Shown in pieces: positions 1 to 8,679 of a stretch of DNA of 64,000 nucleotides. Location: contig JAOUBY010000003.1 in NCBI GenBank assembly GCA_029860045.1, positions 65 through 64,064 on the forward strand, in the 5' to 3' direction. A program made the translations under genes and the position numbers. Within the stretch, counting starts at the first letter, position 1. Each line of letters starts with the position of its first letter. Below the pieces are notes generated by a model that saw only the letters and a list, made by a program, of their open reading frames with translations, was not told the origin of the DNA and made no database searches. Source of the DNA: Gammaproteobacteria bacterium (GTDB taxonomy: Bacteria > Pseudomonadota > Gammaproteobacteria > UBA9214).

Positions 1-1056
1 TACGTGATGGAGAACCTGCGTGCCGAGATCAGCCTGAGTCCGAATGACGTCACGGTGAATGTCACCGATACCAGTGGTGGAACATCCGGTGGCGGCGGCA
101 TGGGCGGTGGCGGTATGGGCGGTGGTGCCGGTGCTGTTATTCCGGTGCTTGATGCGACCAATGTCACGCTGGTCGTGAGAAACCTCAACAAGACCATGAG
201 TGACGGCAATAACGTCAATTTCTGGGTGTTCTGCGATCAGGGCATGGCGGATGGCGGCGGCATGGGTGGTGGCTGTACGCTGCCCAGCCCGGTGCTGGAA
301 CTGGGTGTCGGCCAGCAGGCGAATATCAACCTGAACATGATGATGGCGCCCCAGGAGCAGCCGCCCTATCACGGCCATACCATTCATCCGCATGGTGTCG
401 ATGTGGCGCAGTCCGAAGACGGTGTGCCGGAGACAGGTGCAGCGGTGCTGGGTGATACCTATACCTTCAGCGTCGACAGCCGTTACGTGGGCAGTCACAT
501 GTACCACTGCCACGTGCATACGGTGAAGCACCTGGAAATGGGTATGTACGGTGCGCTAATCGTCAAGAACGGTAATCTCATCAATAATAATGGGCCGTCG
601 TATGACTTTGAGTGGAACATGGTGCTAAGTGCCGTGGACCCGGATTATCACACTGCGGTGCAGGATTCGCCGGTATTTGCGGATTACAATCCGCAATACT
701 TCCTGATTAACGGTGAAGAAGGCCTCAGCCAGGGTTCACCGGCGGAAACACTCACCGCGGCCCCGGGCGCACGTGTTGCGATTCGCCTGATTGGTATCCA
801 TTCAGTCAACAGTACTTTCCGTGTCCGTAACTCGGGCGGTAGCAGCCAGTCCTTCACGGTGTATAACGTCGATGGTTTTGAACTGCCAAACCCGCAGAAC
901 GTGTCCAGTGTGGAGGTGTCACCCGGCCAGACCAAGGATGTCATGGTGACCTTGCCGACGGGTGGCGGCACCTGGTATCCGGAAGTGAGCTACCGGGATT
1001 TGCGCAACAACAGCACCTACAACAACGGTACGGTATACACCCGGCTGGATTTCTGA
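1..1056 (+). CDS. Multicopper-oxidase-like copper-binding protein, 5'-partial; frame is open from base 1
   Basis: HCHVHTVKHLEMGMYGALIV matches the HCHxxxHxxxxM type-1/trinuclear Cu ligand motif; HGHTIHPHG is a second His-x-His motif. Gly/Met-rich repeats GGGGMGGGGMGGG and DGGGMGGGC. No stop between base 1 and the first Met. Confidence 0.7.
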   Translation, partial: YVMENLRAEISLSPNDVTVNVTDTSGGTSGGGGMGGGGMGGGAGAVIPVLDATNVTLVVRNLNKTMSDGNNVNFWVFCDQGMADGGGMGGGCTLPSPVLELGVGQQANINLNMMMAPQEQPPYHGHTIHPHGVDVAQSEDGVPETGAAVLGDTYTFSVDSRYVGSHMYHCHVHTVKHLEMGMYGALIVKNGNLINNNGPSYDFEWNMVLSAVDPDYHTAVQDSPVFADYNPQYFLINGEEGLSQGSPAETLTAAPGARVAIRLIGIHSVNSTFRVRNSGGSSQSFTVYNVDGFELPNPQNVSSVEVSPGQTKDVMVTLPTGGGTWYPEVSYRDLRNNSTYNNGTVYTRLDF

Positions 1057-1136
1057 CGGGTGATGTTTGTGAAAGGTTGTGCACGGCCCCCCTTTATCCG
1101 AAGGGGGTCGTTCGTACATCAGGGGTTTACCAGCCA

Positions 1137-1745
1137 ATGAGAGCAGGTAAAGGAAAAATCTTCGCTGGCGTGGTATTCGCGCTGCTGGGCATCCTCTGTA
1201 GCCGCGTGGCCGTATCCCTCGATGAAAAGCCCATCGATCCTTTTGATTATAATTTTTGTGGTGGAGAAAGGGTCTACCCCATCGTCGGTGTCAATATCGC
1301 CACAGCTTGTGGGCCACGTAACCAGGTGGCGTTGGGACGGCGCGGGAAAATAAGCTGGTCATTTCCGGCCTATGCTTCAGAGCCGGCCCGTGAGGGTTCA
1401 TTCAGGCTTTCGGACGAGCAGCTTGATGAACTATCACTGCTAGCCGAGGTGACCCAGGTGGCCAGTGCTCCGGAGACGGTGCCGGCGCCAGTGATGTACA
1501 AGCTGGGCATTAACTTCTCGGCGCGTCGTCCGGCGTATGTCTACGCAGCATTAACCGATCAATACACGCCGGCCAACAGCCTGCTGCAGGCCATGCTGGA
1601 GCTGGTTCCCGACCACCCCAGGTTGCCTGATTGCGAGGGAGTGCAGGGATTGTTCGACCCGACCCTGCATCGGGAAGATCGACTTGAGTTGATAAAATCA
1701 AGCAGTGACGAAGCAGTCTCCAGCGAAATAGTGGCAAGGCAATAA
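1137..1745 (+). CDS. Hypothetical secreted protein; start uncertain (alternative ATG at 1077)
   Basis: ORF 1077..1745; the internal Met at 1137 is followed by a hydrophobic signal-like segment (IFAGVVFALLGILCSRVAVSL). No recognisable family. Lies between the Cu oxidase and SCO1 genes. Confidence 0.4.
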   Translation: MRAGKGKIFAGVVFALLGILCSRVAVSLDEKPIDPFDYNFCGGERVYPIVGVNIATACGPRNQVALGRRGKISWSFPAYASEPAREGSFRLSDEQLDELSLLAEVTQVASAPETVPAPVMYKLGINFSARRPAYVYAALTDQYTPANSLLQAMLELVPDHPRLPDCEGVQGLFDPTLHREDRLELIKSSSDEAVSSEIVARQ

Positions 1746-1747
1746 TT

Positions 1748-2368
1748 ATGTCAATGTGTTTTGAAAAAATATGGAAACTGGGGCTGGTGCTTGCCCTGTC
1801 ATCAGCCAGCATCGCTGCTCATGAGACAGGTTCCGGCTTCCATGGCCTGCTGGTCGAGCCGGCAAAGGCGATTCATCCGCAGACCATGATGGATCACAAG
1901 GGGAAAGCGGTTAATTTTCCACAGCGCAACGAGCGCATGAAGCTGGTGTTTTTCGGGTACTCCAGTTGCCCCGATGTCTGTCCTATGACCCTGCAGAAAG
2001 TGAAATCACTGATGCACAGGCTGGGCAAGGCGGCAAACGAGCTGGAGTTCTGTTTTGTCAGTATCGATCCACTGCGCGACAATACCGATCAGCTGAACCA
2101 CTTCGTCAGCTACTACGACCCGAGAATCACCGGATTTACCGGGGACCCACGCGCGATCAAGGCGCTGGAGAACGAGTTCGGAATCCTGACCCGTAAATTC
2201 CAGGGTAAATCTGCATTTGCCTATACCCTGGAACACTCGGTATTTCTTTATTTGCTGAATCAGGAAGGGCAGCTACGAATCATGTACCCGGCTTCAATGT
2301 CTGTAGATGCCATCATCAAGGATATTGAGTTGCTTAAAGTGAAGGGAAACAGTCTTGCCAGGAAATAA
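1748..2368 (+). CDS. SCO1/SenC family copper chaperone (thioredoxin-like)
   Basis: FGYSSCPDVCPMT CxxxC motif characteristic of Sco proteins; N-terminal signal/anchor; length about 200 aa. Confidence 0.85.
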   Translation: MSMCFEKIWKLGLVLALSSASIAAHETGSGFHGLLVEPAKAIHPQTMMDHKGKAVNFPQRNERMKLVFFGYSSCPDVCPMTLQKVKSLMHRLGKAANELEFCFVSIDPLRDNTDQLNHFVSYYDPRITGFTGDPRAIKALENEFGILTRKFQGKSAFAYTLEHSVFLYLLNQEGQLRIMYPASMSVDAIIKDIELLKVKGNSLARK

Positions 2369-2547
2369 TTAATTTCTACTGCTTTGCCTGCCCGTGACAG
2401 ACTGTCCGTCTGCTTCATGTGACATGGGAATAATACAGTCTGTTCCTGATCAACGCTGCGGGTGTTGATATCGTCAGCATGGATAGCAAATACTGCTCTG
2501 TTTCAGCGCCAGTCCGGTTTTCCCGGCAGTTACATGTCTAGCCCCAC

Positions 2548-3228
2548 CTAGGGCGAGATGACATCACCCAGCTGTTCCCGCAATCGGTCAGCAGGGGCCC
2601 GGTTTGTCTCTGATACAGCAAGCAGGAAGTAGCTGGGCTCCTCGTCACGTATCAGGTCGATGGAAGATGTGTAGGAACGCACTTCACCGGGGTCAAGTAC
2701 TGAACGCTCTGTCCCGCTGGATGCATCCATATATTTTATTTGTGCCACACCAATCTGAATGCCGATGTCATTAAAAAGCAGTATATCTACAACCGGTCGG
2801 ATGACTGACAGTGAGTCATTGTGCATTACCAGGCGATATTCGTAGTTTCGTTTCTTGCCATTTCTTACCAGGGTAAAGATGATGTTGCGGATGTAACCGT
2901 CATCGACGGTAATGGCCTCGTCGTATGTTAGTGGCAGTAAAGCCGGAATCCGGCCCTGGACCAGTGCATCCAGTTCGCTTCTGGCCGTTGCCAGTTCATT
3001 GCTAATGGCTTTAACGGTTATTTCCTGTTTACGAAACTCCAGCAACATCTGCTCATATTCTGTTGATTTTCTGTCGAGGTAAAACCAGGTGAATATATAG
3101 CTCAGAAGAAAAAGTGTTGATATGCAGGCAAGCAGATATTTGTAGCGCCTGATTTTTGCCCGGTAGCGATAGGATGATCGTGAGCGGGAAGATGAACTTC
3201 TGCTGGCTGTCGTGTTACCTGACTCCAC
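2548..3228 (-). CDS. Hypothetical single-pass membrane protein with Ser/Arg-rich N-terminus
   Basis: 226-aa ORF; RSSSSRSRSSYRYR cytoplasmic tail, one hydrophobic segment (LLACISTLFLLSYIFTWFYL), then a soluble domain. Divergent from the EPS priming transferase gene. Confidence 0.45.
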   Translation of the reverse strand: MESGNTTASRSSSSRSRSSYRYRAKIRRYKYLLACISTLFLLSYIFTWFYLDRKSTEYEQMLLEFRKQEITVKAISNELATARSELDALVQGRIPALLPLTYDEAITVDDGYIRNIIFTLVRNGKKRNYEYRLVMHNDSLSVIRPVVDILLFNDIGIQIGVAQIKYMDASSGTERSVLDPGEVRSYTSSIDLIRDEEPSYFLLAVSETNRAPADRLREQLGDVISP

Positions 3229-3688
3229 GCTCGTTCCTCCGTCAGTGGTCCCTGGAAAGTACAGGATGTGGCCTTTTGGACTATAACCGCAAATATAATG
3301 CCAGATTGTTATTATTCTTTAAAAAACAGTCACTAGTATAGGGCGGTCAATCTGCAGTAAATATCGATGTTAAATATTCTGACATATGTCCTGCGGCACG
3401 CAAACCCCCTTTTATATGCTGCCTTGAGGATCAGGACGCCACGTACTATAGCTGTTAATACAAACTCTCTGCCTGTTCCCCCGGCAGGCCACGTGTGCAG
3501 GTGCACTGGCGACGGAATATTGACTGCTTCAGCGATAATACGTATCGTCAAATTGATAAAAGGAGTTATATTAATTAATAATAATTAACTTATACACGGA
3601 AGGTAACAGGATGAACGGCCGACACGCTTATTATCTTACTTTGATGACCCGGAGATCCGGGCGGTATCAGCGCAGGTAAAGCAGTCAA

Positions 3689-5098
3689 ATGGCCACATTC
3701 CGCATCTTCCGCCATTATTTCCCCACGGCGTTTATCCTCCTTGGCTTAGTCGAGGCGGCCGTGTTTCTGTTCTCCTTTCATGCCGCGGTACTTATTCGTT
3801 TTTCCAGCGATAGCGCTGCCATAGCTGAACACATTGGTTCACCCTGGCCAAAAGGCATTACCTTCGCCGTGGTGATGATGCTCTGCATGATCGGACTGGG
3901 CCTTTATGATCGCACCTCCTGGTCATGGGAAGGGCGTACCGCAATGTTCTTGCGCGTATTGACCTCCTTTCTGTTTGCCATCTTTCCGTTAAGTTTCATT
4001 TTTTATGTAGCCCCTGAATTATCAGTGTGGCGAGGCCCGGCCTTACTGTCATTTGCAATTTCACTGGTTGGCATCGTCAGTGTGCGCCTGATCTTCTTCA
4101 GTTTCGTTAATCACGTGGTATTCAGACGACGTATCCTGATACTTGGCACTGGCAAGAATGCCTGCCAGATCAGAAATCTGGAAGGCAGTCCATCAATGAA
4201 AGGCATTGATATTGTGGGCTATGTGCATATGAGCAGAGACCATGATGCCATTGAGGACGAACGTGTAATTCATCATGAGCGCCCCTTGCAGGAGATCGTC
4301 AGGGAGAATCAAGTCGATGAAATCGTGCTCGCCGTTGATGACCGGCGCAAGACCCTGCCGGTACATGAAATCCTGGATTGCAAGATGGACGGTGTGAGAG
4401 TCATCGATATGCTGACCTTGTTTGAGCGGGAAACCGGCAAGGTCAAACTGGAACTGGTGAATCCCAGCTGGTTGTTTCTGTCCGACGGCTTTCGTATCAG
4501 CAACGTGTCGCTGATATTAAAACGCGGCCTGGATATCCTGATCAGCCTGTTGTTCCTGCCTGTGTTCCTGCCGGTTATGCTGATTGTAGTAATCGCGATC
4601 TGGCTGGAGAGCGGGGGGAAGGGGCCGGTTATCTACAGTCAGACGCGGGTTGGCGAGGGTGGCAAGGAATTCCAGATCTATAAGTTCAGGAGCATGAATA
4701 TTGATGCGGAGAAGGATGGTGTTGCCCAGTGGGCCAAGAAGCACGATGCGCGTGTTACCCGGGTGGGTGCCATCATCCGCAAGGTCAGGCTGGATGAGCT
4801 GCCGCAACTGTTTAATGTTATCAAGGGCGACATGAGTTTCGTCGGGCCGCGCCCCGAGCGGCCGAAATTCGTCAAGGAACTGGAGGCCCAGTATCCTTAC
4901 TACCGTGAGCGGCACCGGTTGCGTCCGGGATTGACCGGCTGGGCCCAGATCCGCTACGAGTACGGCAGCAGGCCGGAGGATGCCTTCGAGAAACTCCAGT
5001 ATGATTTGTATTACACGAAAAACTGTAGTATTTTCCTAGACTTGCTGATTATTCTACATACCATAGAAGTTGTCCTGATGGGCAAGGGCGCTCACTGA
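3689..5098 (+). CDS. Undecaprenyl-phosphate sugar-1-phosphate transferase (EpsB/WcaJ-like priming glycosyltransferase; PEP-CTERM-locus sugar transferase family, TIGR03013-like)
   Basis: 469 aa; N-terminal multi-TM region and a C-terminal bacterial sugar transferase domain ([13 protein letters not shown] motifs). Confidence 0.9.
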   Translation: MATFRIFRHYFPTAFILLGLVEAAVFLFSFHAAVLIRFSSDSAAIAEHIGSPWPKGITFAVVMMLCMIGLGLYDRTSWSWEGRTAMFLRVLTSFLFAIFPLSFIFYVAPELSVWRGPALLSFAISLVGIVSVRLIFFSFVNHVVFRRRILILGTGKNACQIRNLEGSPSMKGIDIVGYVHMSRDHDAIEDERVIHHERPLQEIVRENQVDEIVLAVDDRRKTLPVHEILDCKMDGVRVIDMLTLFERETGKVKLELVNPSWLFLSDGFRISNVSLILKRGLDILISLLFLPVFLPVMLIVVIAIWLESGGKGPVIYSQTRVGEGGKEFQIYKFRSMNIDAEKDGVAQWAKKHDARVTRVGAIIRKVRLDELPQLFNVIKGDMSFVGPRPERPKFVKELEAQYPYYRERHRLRPGLTGWAQIRYEYGSRPEDAFEKLQYDLYYTKNCSIFLDLLIILHTIEVVLMGKGAH

Positions 5099-5209
5099 GT
5101 CGAGCAGCAGGTAATCAACAGGCAGTTATGGGCGGTAATCGCAATGGTTCTGATTCTACCGAATCTCGTGTCAGGTACTTCTCCCGTTAAAAGATCCCGG
5201 GTGTAGTCG

Positions 5210-7309
5210 GTGGCAAACATCGGCGTAACTGGCTACGCACTCGCAGCGACAGCGTATCTTATCTTTACTCTCCTCCTGCTGACCGGATGGCGGGGAAGGC
5301 TACAGAGCAGGTTGCTGGTAATGGCAACCGGCTTCACCGCCCTGTGGGCGATAACCCTGGCAGCCTGGTCGGGATGGGGGATACCCGGCAGCGGTCTGGT
5401 GCAGAGTGTGGAGACCCTGCACTTGCTGGTCTGGCTTGTCTTCATGTTGGGAATCATGCGTTATGCCCAGGGGGGTAAATCGGGCGACAGGGGCAGTATA
5501 CGCAACCTCACCATGTTCATTTATGGCCTCTCGCTGGCGCTGTTGATTGTGCCGTTTATCACTGGCCGGCTGCTATTGGCAGACCAGAGTAAAGAGATCA
5601 GCTTCTTCGGTTATGTGCTGTTGACCATTTGCGGCCTGTTCCTGGTGGAGAACCTGTATCGCAACACCCGCACCGAGCAGCGCTGGGGGATCAAGTTTCT
5701 GTGCCTTGGGGTCGGCGGTCTGTTTGCCTATGACTTTTTCATGTACGCCCAGGCGCTGCTATTCAAACAACTCGATATTTCCCTGTTGAGTGCGCGGGGT
5801 GCTGTATACGCGCTGGTTGCCCCCTTGATTGGTATATCCGTAGCTCGCAACCCGCAGTGGTCGTTAAGCGTATTCATTTCCCAGAAATTGGTCTTTCATA
5901 CGGCGACTCTGCTCGCTGCGGGCGCTTACCTGTTACTGATGGCCGCCGCCGGTTACTACATCAAGACATACGGAGGGGAGTGGGGCGGCGCTCTTCAGGT
6001 TATCTTCCTGTTCGGTGCTGCCGTGGTGCTGCTTGCCCTGTTGTTTTCCGGGCAAATGCGTGCCCGGTTGAGGGTATTTCTTGGCAAGCACTTCTTCCGT
6101 CATCGTTATGATTACCGTGAGCAGTGGCTGAATTTCACAAATGCCCTGTCGCACTGCAAGCAGGATGCCCTGCCGCACGAATGCGTGGTGCGTGCAATAG
6201 CGGACGTAGTGGACAGCTCCGGTGGCCTGTTGTGGCTGCACCGCAAGGACGGCTGCCTGGAGCAGGTCTCACACTGGGGTGTCTCGGGTGGAGAAAGCGA
6301 GGTAATTGAGGGTGACGATGTGCTTGTCCGGTACCTGGAGGAACGTGCCTGGGTGATCAACCTGGATGAGTACCAGGCAGACCCGGAACTGTATGCACCG
6401 CTTGAATTGCCGGACTGGGTAGCTGAGCTGCCGCGTGCCTGGCTGCTTGTGCCATTGCTGGACCAGGGTCGCTTGCTCGGTATTGTTGTCCTCACGCAAC
6501 CGCGCGCAAGTGTGCCGTTTAACTGGGAACTGCGCGACCTGTTGAGAACCGCGGCATCCCAGGCAGCCAGTCACCTGGCGCAACTGGAGGCCGTAGAGGC
6601 ACTGGCCGAGGCCCGTCAGTTCGAGGGTTTTCACCGTCTGTCGGCTTTTGTACTACACGACATCAAGAACCTGATAGCCCAGCAGTCACTGCTGGTTGGC
6701 ACGGCCGCACGTCACAAGCACAAGCCCGAGTTTATCGATGACGCCATCGATATCATGGCGCATTCCGTGGCGAAGATGCAGCGTCTCATGCAGTTGTTGC
6801 GTACGGGGGTATCCAGTGGCACGTCCGTTCGGACCAACCTCGTCACGGTGGTGCGTGATGCGGTCGAAAACTGCGCGGCCGGGCGACCGGTCCCACGTTA
6901 TGAATGTGATCTTGATGAAGTCTGGTTGACACTGGACCGTGACCGGATGACATCCGTAATTGAAAACCTGATTCAGAATGCACAGGATGCGACCCCGGAG
7001 GACGGTGTTGTTAATGTCGGTCTGACCCGGGATGATGACCGGCTTGTTGTTGTTATTTCGGATAACGGTTGCGGCATGGATGCGGCGTTTGTACGCGACC
7101 GCCTGTTCCGTCCCTTTGATACAACCAAGGGAGATACCGGCATGGGTATTGGTGCCTATGAGTGCCGTGAGTTTGTACATTCCCTTGACGGTGAATTACA
7201 AATAGAAAGCGAGCCGGGGAAAGGGACATCTGTACGGATTATCCTGCCTGAGGTTGCAACCATGGCTTCAGAAGATGACGGCTTGCCGAATATGGAGTCA
7301 CACGGTTGA
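5210..7309 (+). CDS. prsK: PEP-CTERM system sensor histidine kinase PrsK (multi-TM N-terminus, GAF-like middle, HisKA/HATPase C-terminus); GTG start, exact start uncertain
   Basis: 699 aa with many N-terminal TM helices and a C-terminal HATPase region (DNGCGMD, GMGIGAY). Sits immediately upstream of, and overlapping, a sigma54-type response regulator, the PrsK/PrsR arrangement of exosortase loci. Confidence 0.85.
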   Translation: MANIGVTGYALAATAYLIFTLLLLTGWRGRLQSRLLVMATGFTALWAITLAAWSGWGIPGSGLVQSVETLHLLVWLVFMLGIMRYAQGGKSGDRGSIRNLTMFIYGLSLALLIVPFITGRLLLADQSKEISFFGYVLLTICGLFLVENLYRNTRTEQRWGIKFLCLGVGGLFAYDFFMYAQALLFKQLDISLLSARGAVYALVAPLIGISVARNPQWSLSVFISQKLVFHTATLLAAGAYLLLMAAAGYYIKTYGGEWGGALQVIFLFGAAVVLLALLFSGQMRARLRVFLGKHFFRHRYDYREQWLNFTNALSHCKQDALPHECVVRAIADVVDSSGGLLWLHRKDGCLEQVSHWGVSGGESEVIEGDDVLVRYLEERAWVINLDEYQADPELYAPLELPDWVAELPRAWLLVPLLDQGRLLGIVVLTQPRASVPFNWELRDLLRTAASQAASHLAQLEAVEALAEARQFEGFHRLSAFVLHDIKNLIAQQSLLVGTAARHKHKPEFIDDAIDIMAHSVAKMQRLMQLLRTGVSSGTSVRTNLVTVVRDAVENCAAGRPVPRYECDLDEVWLTLDRDRMTSVIENLIQNAQDATPEDGVVNVGLTRDDDRLVVVISDNGCGMDAAFVRDRLFRPFDTTKGDTGMGIGAYECREFVHSLDGELQIESEPGKGTSVRIILPEVATMASEDDGLPNMESHG

Positions 7310-8679
7310 ACACTCAAAACAAAACGATTCTGATAGTCGAGGACGATCCTGGTCTGCAGAAGGCGCTGCGCTGGGCCTTTAATGATTTCGAGGTAGTGAC
7401 GGCCGAGGATCGCAAGAGCGCCATTGCACAACTGCGCCGCCACGAACCGCAGGTCGTCACACTGGACCTGGGGCTGCCGCCGGACCCGGGTGGCGCCAGC
7501 GAAGGCCTGGCCACGCTACAGGAACTCCTCAGCCTTGCACCGGGTACCAAGGTAATCGTGGTCACCGGGAACAATGACCGGGAAAACGCCGTGCGTGCCA
7601 TCGGGCTGGGGGCCTGGCTGTTCTTCCAGAAACCCGTGGACCCCGAGCTGCTGGGGGTTATCGTGGAGCGCGCCTACAATCTGCACGAACTGGAGCAGGA
7701 GAACAGGGACCTGTCCCGCCAGGATATCAAGGAACCCATGTCCGGGATCATCGCGACGAGTCCGCAGATGCTGCAGGTTTGCCAGACCATCGAGAAGGTC
7801 GCACCCACTGATGCAACCTCGCTGCTGCTGGGAGAAAGCGGGACTGGCAAGGAATTACTGGCGCGCGCACTGCATGACCTCAGCCCACGGGCAAAACAGC
7901 GTTTTGTCGCTATCAACTGTGCCGCCATACCGGACACCCTGCTGGAAAGTGAGTTGTTCGGTTATGAGAAAGGGGCCTTCACGGGCGCTGCCAAGCAGAC
8001 CCAGGGCAATATTGAATATGCCGATGGCGGCACTCTGTTTCTGGATGAAGTTGGCGATCTGCCGCTGGCACTGCAGGCGAAGCTGCTGCGGTTCCTGCAG
8101 GAAAGGATTGTCGTTCGTGTCGGTGGTCGGAAGGAGATACCGGTGGATGTGCGTGTGGTATCCGCTACACACCAGAATCTGGAGGAACTGATCAGCAAAG
8201 GTGCATTCAGGGAAGATCTGTATTACCGGATTAGCGAAATCTCCATCCGTATTCCCGCCCTGAGGGAACGGGAGGGGGAAGCCAGCATACTGGCAAATTA
8301 CTTCCTTGACCGAGAGACAAAGCAGCAGAACAAGGGCCATCTTGCGTTGAGTAAAGACGCGGGTGATGCCATTGATGCATACACCTGGCCGGGCAACGTG
8401 CGTGAGCTTGCCAATCGCATCAAGCGCGCTGTCATTATGACGGAAGGCAAGCAGGTTACGGCGCGGGATCTTGAATTCTCAACAGACGGAGAGGCGGAGT
8501 CGCTGCCACTGAACCTGCGGGAGGTTAGAGAAAAGGCTGAATGTAACGCTTTGCTGCGGGCCTTGAATCATTCCGGGGGTAACGTGTCTCAGGCAGCACA
8601 GTCACTGGGTATTACTCGTCCGACATTCTATGCGATGGCCAAGAAGTACAAGCTGGATATCGGTCAAACCGGAACCTGA
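7306..8679 (+). CDS. prsR: PEP-CTERM-box sigma54-dependent response regulator PrsR (NtrC family); TTG start overlapping prsK stop
   Basis: Receiver domain (ILIVEDD...TLDLGLPP), AAA+ sigma54-interaction domain (GESGTGKE Walker A, GAFTGA loop, FLDEVGDL) and a C-terminal HTH. Confidence 0.9.
   Translation: MNTQNKTILIVEDDPGLQKALRWAFNDFEVVTAEDRKSAIAQLRRHEPQVVTLDLGLPPDPGGASEGLATLQELLSLAPGTKVIVVTGNNDRENAVRAIGLGAWLFFQKPVDPELLGVIVERAYNLHELEQENRDLSRQDIKEPMSGIIATSPQMLQVCQTIEKVAPTDATSLLLGESGTGKELLARALHDLSPRAKQRFVAINCAAIPDTLLESELFGYEKGAFTGAAKQTQGNIEYADGGTLFLDEVGDLPLALQAKLLRFLQERIVVRVGGRKEIPVDVRVVSATHQNLEELISKGAFREDLYYRISEISIRIPALREREGEASILANYFLDRETKQQNKGHLALSKDAGDAIDAYTWPGNVRELANRIKRAVIMTEGKQVTARDLEFSTDGEAESLPLNLREVREKAECNALLRALNHSGGNVSQAAQSLGITRPTFYAMAKKYKLDIGQTGT

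Noticed and set aside
3229-3688. TGGCCACATTCCGCATC immediately before the sugar-transferase start as a sigma54 promoter
   Set aside because: Only about 10 nt from the ATG and lacks the TTGC -12 element. The AT-rich stretch upstream is more likely a sigma70-type promoter region.
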